Assembly (NCBI GenBank): GCA_038896535.1
Contig: JAWACY010000002.1
Span: 96,001-160,000 of the forward strand
From: Candidatus Anstonellales archaeon
GTDB taxonomy: Archaea; Micrarchaeota; Micrarchaeia; Anstonellales; J096
DNA: 64,000 bases
Direction: 5' to 3'
The position numbers were made by a program, and so were the translations under genes. A model generated the notes under the pieces. That model was given only the letters and a program-made list of their open reading frames with translations, searched no databases and was not told the DNA's origin. Numbering within the stretch: the stretch's first letter is position 1; each line of letters opens with the position of its first letter. Below, one piece after another: positions 58,976-64,000 of this stretch.

Positions 58976-60757
58976 ATGGAAAATGAGAATAAAATAATTG
59001 GAAATAAAGTGAAGATAGGTATTGAAATACACCAAAGGCTTGATGTAGGGAAGCTTTTTTGCCAATGCAAATCAAAACAAGAAAGCAATCTGGATTTGAA
59101 TTTTATAGTTAGAGAATTAAGGCCAATAACATCAGAAACAGGGGAAATTGACATAGCAGCATTGATGCAAGCTGATAAAGGAAATGTATTTAGCTACTTT
59201 GGTAATAATGCTGCCTGTCTTGTTGAATATGATGAAGAGCCACCACATTTAGTAAATGAAATGGCATTGCTCTGTGCAATAAATGTTGCAATGCAGATGA
59301 ACATGAAACTGCCTGATGCAATAATTTTTATGAGAAAAATTATAATAGATGGCAGCAACACAACAGGTTTTCAAAGAACTGCTCTTATAGGCATTGATGG
59401 AGAAATAAATATGCAAACATACAGTATTGGAATACAAACTCTAAGCTTGGAAGAAGAGAGTGCCGGCATTATTAGCAATAATGTATACAGACTTGACAGG
59501 CTTGGAATTCCGCTACTTGAAATAAGCACAAGGCCAGATATAAAAGATGGAAAGCAGGCAAGAGAAGTTGCAGAAACAATAGGCTTAATGTTAAGAACAA
59601 TTCCTTATACAGCGAGAGGCATAGGCACAATAAGGCAGGATTTAAATGTGAGCATTGAGAATGGCGCAAGAGTCGAGCTAAAAGGGGCTCAAGAGCTATA
59701 TATGATAGATAAATGGATAAATCACGAGATAAAAAGACAAAGTGATTTATTAAAAGTCATTGAAGAACTAAAAAGAAGGGGCATTGATAATGAGAAAGTT
59801 AAAAAACAGGCATTGGTCGATATAACTGACTTATTTTTATCTCATGAGAAAGAACTTGCTGGTTTCATAAGAAATGCATTGGCAAACAATGAAAAAGTTT
59901 TTGCAATAAAATTAATGAAGCATAAAGGCATATTGGCAATGCAAGCAGGGAATAGAAGGTATGGCTCTGAGCTGGCTGATTATGCAAAAGCAGCTGGCAT
60001 TGGAGGCATAATACACAATGATGAAATGCTTGATAAATATGGCATAAATGAAGCATTGAAAAGAGAAATAAAAAAAGCTCTTAATATGAGTGAAGATGAT
60101 ATTTTTGTAATTATGGTTGGTAAAGAAGAAAAAATTAATAGAGCAAGTATATTTCTTAAAAATAGGGCTAGCATGCTCTTTATTCCTGAAGAAACAAGAA
60201 AAGTACAGGAAGATGGAAGCTCTATATTCATGAGACCTCTGCCTGGAAAAGCAAGAATGTATCCAGAAACTGATGTGCCATATATATTTTTAAATGATGA
60301 GCTGAAGTCAAAGGCCAAAAGTATTGCACAACCATTCCATGAAAAAATCAAAAAACTTGAAAAAATGCTTAATAAAGAGATGGCATATAAAATATTAAAA
60401 GGTAGACATCTGTATTTATTTGAGGATTTAAGTAAATCAATAGACCCTTTAATTGTTGCTATAACATTGGAAGATACAATAACAAAAATTAGAAGAGAAC
60501 ATGGTATAGAACCAAAGGAACATTCAATAAGAAGGGCTTTGGAACTTTATAAGAATGGGAAAATAACGAAAAAAGCAATAGAAACGGCAATAATAATGCT
60601 TGAAAAAGGAAAAGATGAAGATGAAATAATGAAAAGCATAGGAAAGATAAGTGGTAAAGATTTAAAGGCATTATTTGATAAGATAAAGGACAAAAAACAA
60701 ATAATAAAATCATACGGCATAAGGGTCGATTATGAAGAATTAGAAAGTATTTATTAG
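58976..60757 (+). CDS. gatE: Glu-tRNA(Gln) amidotransferase subunit E
   Basis: GIEIHQRL...KLFC, MRKIIIDGSNTTGFQRT, GTIRQDLNVSI, RPLPGKARMYPETDVP. Confidence 0.98.
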   Translation: MENENKIIGNKVKIGIEIHQRLDVGKLFCQCKSKQESNLDLNFIVRELRPITSETGEIDIAALMQADKGNVFSYFGNNAACLVEYDEEPPHLVNEMALLCAINVAMQMNMKLPDAIIFMRKIIIDGSNTTGFQRTALIGIDGEINMQTYSIGIQTLSLEEESAGIISNNVYRLDRLGIPLLEISTRPDIKDGKQAREVAETIGLMLRTIPYTARGIGTIRQDLNVSIENGARVELKGAQELYMIDKWINHEIKRQSDLLKVIEELKRRGIDNEKVKKQALVDITDLFLSHEKELAGFIRNALANNEKVFAIKLMKHKGILAMQAGNRRYGSELADYAKAAGIGGIIHNDEMLDKYGINEALKREIKKALNMSEDDIFVIMVGKEEKINRASIFLKNRASMLFIPEETRKVQEDGSSIFMRPLPGKARMYPETDVPYIFLNDELKSKAKSIAQPFHEKIKKLEKMLNKEMAYKILKGRHLYLFEDLSKSIDPLIVAITLEDTITKIRREHGIEPKEHSIRRALELYKNGKITKKAIETAIIMLEKGKDEDEIMKSIGKISGKDLKALFDKIKDKKQIIKSYGIRVDYEELESIY

Positions 60758-60853
60758 AGTAAGATGCTTTACTCATCCTTTACTCCTAAGTCCATTTAAC
60801 TTATATATATTTAACTCACACCTATTTCATTTAACTTACACCTATTCTTACAC

Positions 60854-61525
60854 CTATTTAATTAATAACCAAAATATTTCTTTATTGCTGCTGTAATAAG
60901 CTGCATACATCGTAGCAGTCCAGCCATAATTATCCTCTTGATTTACAGCTGCTCCTCCTTTTCTTAATAGTTTAACTATTTCTGTATTGCCATGTTTAGC
61001 AGCATACATTAAAGCAGTTCTGCCATCTTTATCTTGAACATTTACATCAACCTCTGCTTTTATTAATAATTCAACTATATCAGTATTGTTATTTTCAGTA
61101 GCCCATATTAAAGCAGTATTGCCATCTTTATCTTTAGCATTTACATCTGCCCCATTTAAAAACGCTTTAACAACTCCAATAATATCACCATTTTTTGAAC
61201 TGTTTATTAGCTTTGCATTTTCTCTCATTTGCTCATATTCATTTTCCATTAATTCTTCCGCTTTTTCTTTATTTATTCCCTTCAAAGCAATGCCAACCTT
61301 CCTGCTTTTATCACTTATTATCATTTCCGCTATTTTTTCATATTCACCCTTATCAGCTAAGCTAAGGATTTCCTTCTTTTTTTCTTCTATTGTATTTTTT
61401 ATCGTATTTTTTTCCTTTTCTACTAATGGCTGCTTATTATGAAATGCATTACCAGATTCAGTAAATCCACTGTCCGTCTTTTGATTTACTATTCTACCTA
61501 CATTTTTTTTAATCTCCCGCTCCAT
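60854..61525 (-). CDS. Ankyrin-repeat protein (~3 repeats), paralog of 43949-45331
   Basis: GADVNAKDKDGNTALIWA repeats; shared N-terminal block. Confidence 0.93.
   Translation of the reverse strand: MEREIKKNVGRIVNQKTDSGFTESGNAFHNKQPLVEKEKNTIKNTIEEKKKEILSLADKGEYEKIAEMIISDKSRKVGIALKGINKEKAEELMENEYEQMRENAKLINSSKNGDIIGVVKAFLNGADVNAKDKDGNTALIWATENNNTDIVELLIKAEVDVNVQDKDGRTALMYAAKHGNTEIVKLLRKGGAAVNQEDNYGWTATMYAAYYSSNKEIFWLLIK
61356..61454. repeat. 99-bp dispersed repeat, copy 2
   Basis: Matches 45123-45221. Confidence 0.9.
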
Positions 61526-61745
61526 AATCTCATCCCCATATTCATTTTTAAAGACATGTTAGAAATTATTTAAAGGGCTTTAAAAATATATATGTTAGAA
61601 AAATGTTAAAAAAAGTGTCTCATTTTATTATTTTAACATCTTTTACATTTCTTAATTCTTAATTCTTAATTCAGGCCATTTCCTGCTATTTTTATGCTTT
61701 CTTATAATGCCTTATGTGCCTTACTTTTTTAATATGCTTTTATTT

Positions 61746-64000
61746 TTAATATGCTTTTACATCATTAAGAGATAGCATAACAGCTTTTGAAAAACCTTGA
61801 ACTTTTGATACGCCAATAATAGAATCTGCTTTGCTTATGACTGGGTCTCTATGGCTTATTATTATAAACTGTGTTCTTTTGCTCAATGTCTTTAAAAATT
61901 CAATCATTCTCTCGCAATTAACTTTATCAAGGGCAGCATCAGCTTCATCAAATATATAGAAACCAGATTGCTTTATACTATTTATTGAGTATAAAAAGAA
62001 CAGAGATACTAATGTTTTCTCGCCTCCAGCTAAAGAATCAATATAAATTGGCTTTCCATCTTGATATATAATTATGTGTAATTCTGCATTATCAGGATCA
62101 TCACCTTTTAATATAAGCTCACCAGATTCAAAACCTTTAATATACTTTATCATTTCTTTGAATTTCTCATTTAATACATTAAACGCCTGCATAAATGCTT
62201 GCTTCTTCTTTTTATCTATCTCACTTATCATGTTAATTACTGCATTTTTTTCTTCTTTTAGTTTATCTACCCTTTCTTTTATTTCATTCACACCTTTTTC
62301 CATCTGCTCATAAAGCGATTTTGCTGAAAAGTTTATATCCCCTAGCTTTGATATGCTATTTTCTATTTCATTTAGCCTTTGCTCCAAATATGAAATTGAC
62401 TTATCAGAAATGAAAGTGAAAGCCCCCATTTTTGCCAATTCTTGATTTATGATATTAAGCCTTTCTTTTGTTGATGCTCTAGCTATTTCTATACTATTTA
62501 TAGATTTTTCTATACTGTTAAGCTTTTTTTCCAGCTCAGATTTTTGTTTTGCGTATTCCTGCTGTTTTGCATCAAGCTCTTTTAACTGTTCTATGAATGA
62601 TTCAAACTCTTTGTATTTTCTCGAAACTTCATCTTCCAATGATGTTATTGATGCCTCTGCCAAAAGTTTTGCATCATTTACCCTTCTCAATTCTTTTTCT
62701 ATGTCATTAAGGCTATTGATCAAGGCCTGCTTTTTTTCATTAAGCCTGGCAAGGTTTATTTCTAAATTGGCCTTTTCTTCTATCTGCATTTTTATCTTCA
62801 TCTTAAGCTCTGCCTTTCTTTCTATTTCTTGTTTAAACATCTCTTCAGCTTTTTTCTTCTCCTCTTTTAACTTTTCCAACATGCTATGTGCATTGTTAAT
62901 GAATTCCTTGCTCTTTTCTATTTCTTCATTTTTGTTTTTCAACCATTCTTCTATCGCCTTTATTTCAGCAATTATCTCATTTTGCCTTTTTATCTGTTCC
63001 TCTCTTAATTTTATTTCTTCTTCCTTTGCTTGTGCCTTTGCTTTTTGAAACCTCAACTCATTTATTGTTTCTCTAATGCTGTTGAGCGTATTAAGCAAAG
63101 ATGCTTTCTCTTCTTTTAATGCCTCAATTTTTTTACTTATCTCCTCCACATATTTAGAAGAAGCTAAGCTTGACTTGCTTGCCCCTCCTGTTATAGCGCC
63201 AGATTTTTCAAAAAGCTCTCCAGATAATGTAACAACTCTGTCATATTTTTTTGCAAGTTCCTTTGCTTCATTAAAGCTCTCTGCTAATATTGTAGTGCCA
63301 AATGTATATATTATTGCTTGCTCATATGCTGGGCTGTATTCAATAAAGTTTATTATTGCTTTTGGATTTTCTTTATCTTTTTTTATATTCATCTCTTTTA
63401 TTGGCAAAAATGTTACTCTGCCAAGCTGATTTTTCTTGAGCATTTCTATTATTTCTTTTGCAACGCTTGAATCTGAAACAACAATATAAGAAAGCCTATT
63501 TCCTCCTGCCGCATCAACAGCACTTGTTAAATGCTCTGGGAAATCGATTAAGTCTATGACTCTTCCAAAAATACCATTTATTTTATTGGTCTTTCTTAAT
63601 TCTTCTATAAAAAGATAAGCATTGCTTTGTGATAAAGATGCGCTTGCTTTTACTAATGCATATTTTTCTCTCAATGATATTAATTCATTGTCTATTGCTA
63701 TAAGCCTTGCATTTATTTCTTTTTCTTTGTTTATTGCCTCATTTAGTTTCTTGCTTATGCCTTCTATATTTATTTCTTGCCCTTCTATTTTATCTATCTT
63801 TATTGTTTTCAATGTTTCTAATCTTTCTTTCTTTATTGATACGTCATTTAAAAAAGCCCTTTTTTCTTCAATTGCTTGATTCAGCTCATCTATTTTTTGA
63901 TCTATGCTCGCAATAATAGATATTTCCTCCTGCTCTTTTTCTGAAATTTTTATATTGCTTAATTCAACAAGCTTGTCTGCATTTACGCTTATTTCTTGCT
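61746..64000 (-). CDS. smc: Chromosome segregation protein SMC (5'-truncated by the window edge)
   Basis: Hinge (GIFGRVIDLI...GRVTFLP...VTLSGELF..SGAITGG), coiled coil, LAGGEK, FDEADAALD, IISHR; frame open to 64000. Confidence 0.96.
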   Translation of the reverse strand, partial: QEISVNADKLVELSNIKISEKEQEEISIIASIDQKIDELNQAIEEKRAFLNDVSIKKERLETLKTIKIDKIEGQEINIEGISKKLNEAINKEKEINARLIAIDNELISLREKYALVKASASLSQSNAYLFIEELRKTNKINGIFGRVIDLIDFPEHLTSAVDAAGGNRLSYIVVSDSSVAKEIIEMLKKNQLGRVTFLPIKEMNIKKDKENPKAIINFIEYSPAYEQAIIYTFGTTILAESFNEAKELAKKYDRVVTLSGELFEKSGAITGGASKSSLASSKYVEEISKKIEALKEEKASLLNTLNSIRETINELRFQKAKAQAKEEEIKLREEQIKRQNEIIAEIKAIEEWLKNKNEEIEKSKEFINNAHSMLEKLKEEKKKAEEMFKQEIERKAELKMKIKMQIEEKANLEINLARLNEKKQALINSLNDIEKELRRVNDAKLLAEASITSLEDEVSRKYKEFESFIEQLKELDAKQQEYAKQKSELEKKLNSIEKSINSIEIARASTKERLNIINQELAKMGAFTFISDKSISYLEQRLNEIENSISKLGDINFSAKSLYEQMEKGVNEIKERVDKLKEEKNAVINMISEIDKKKKQAFMQAFNVLNEKFKEMIKYIKGFESGELILKGDDPDNAELHIIIYQDGKPIYIDSLAGGEKTLVSLFFLYSINSIKQSGFYIFDEADAALDKVNCERMIEFLKTLSKRTQFIIISHRDPVISKADSIIGVSKVQGFSKAVMLSLNDVKAY

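Overview
AT-rich archaeal chromosomal segment, most consistent with a DPANN archaeon, probably Micrarchaeota. The basis is GatE, Hjc, aIF1/1A/2beta/5A, archaeal r-proteins, GGGP/DGGGP synthases and many orphan genes; the taxonomy is inference. The window holds a rearranged ribosomal-protein/translation operon (46.4-54.8 kb), three tRNAs (Ser-GCT, Pro-CGG, intron-containing Met-CAT), housekeeping genes (argS, glmS, gatE, partial smc), an ~15 kb block of giant orphan genes and three ankyrin-repeat genes. No CRISPR array, rRNA, integrase or transposase was seen. Most notable: (1) the aIF1/SUI1 gene apparently has to start at a non-canonical AUA/AUU codon behind a strong SD and a 6-codon uORF, suggesting start-codon-stringency autoregulation; (2) the 79-nt tRNA-Met intron carries a box D/C guide that by the D+5 rule targets C34 of its own pre-tRNA; (3) three 1000-1300 aa signal-less proteins with beta-barrel-like segments are clustered; (4) a frameshifted BshC-like ligase, a Nudix-methyltransferase plus kinase pair and a CBS-HPF hibernation-factor-like protein; (5) tRNA-Pro is overlapped at both ends by protein genes. 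All family assignments come from motif recognition by eye; no database searches were run.
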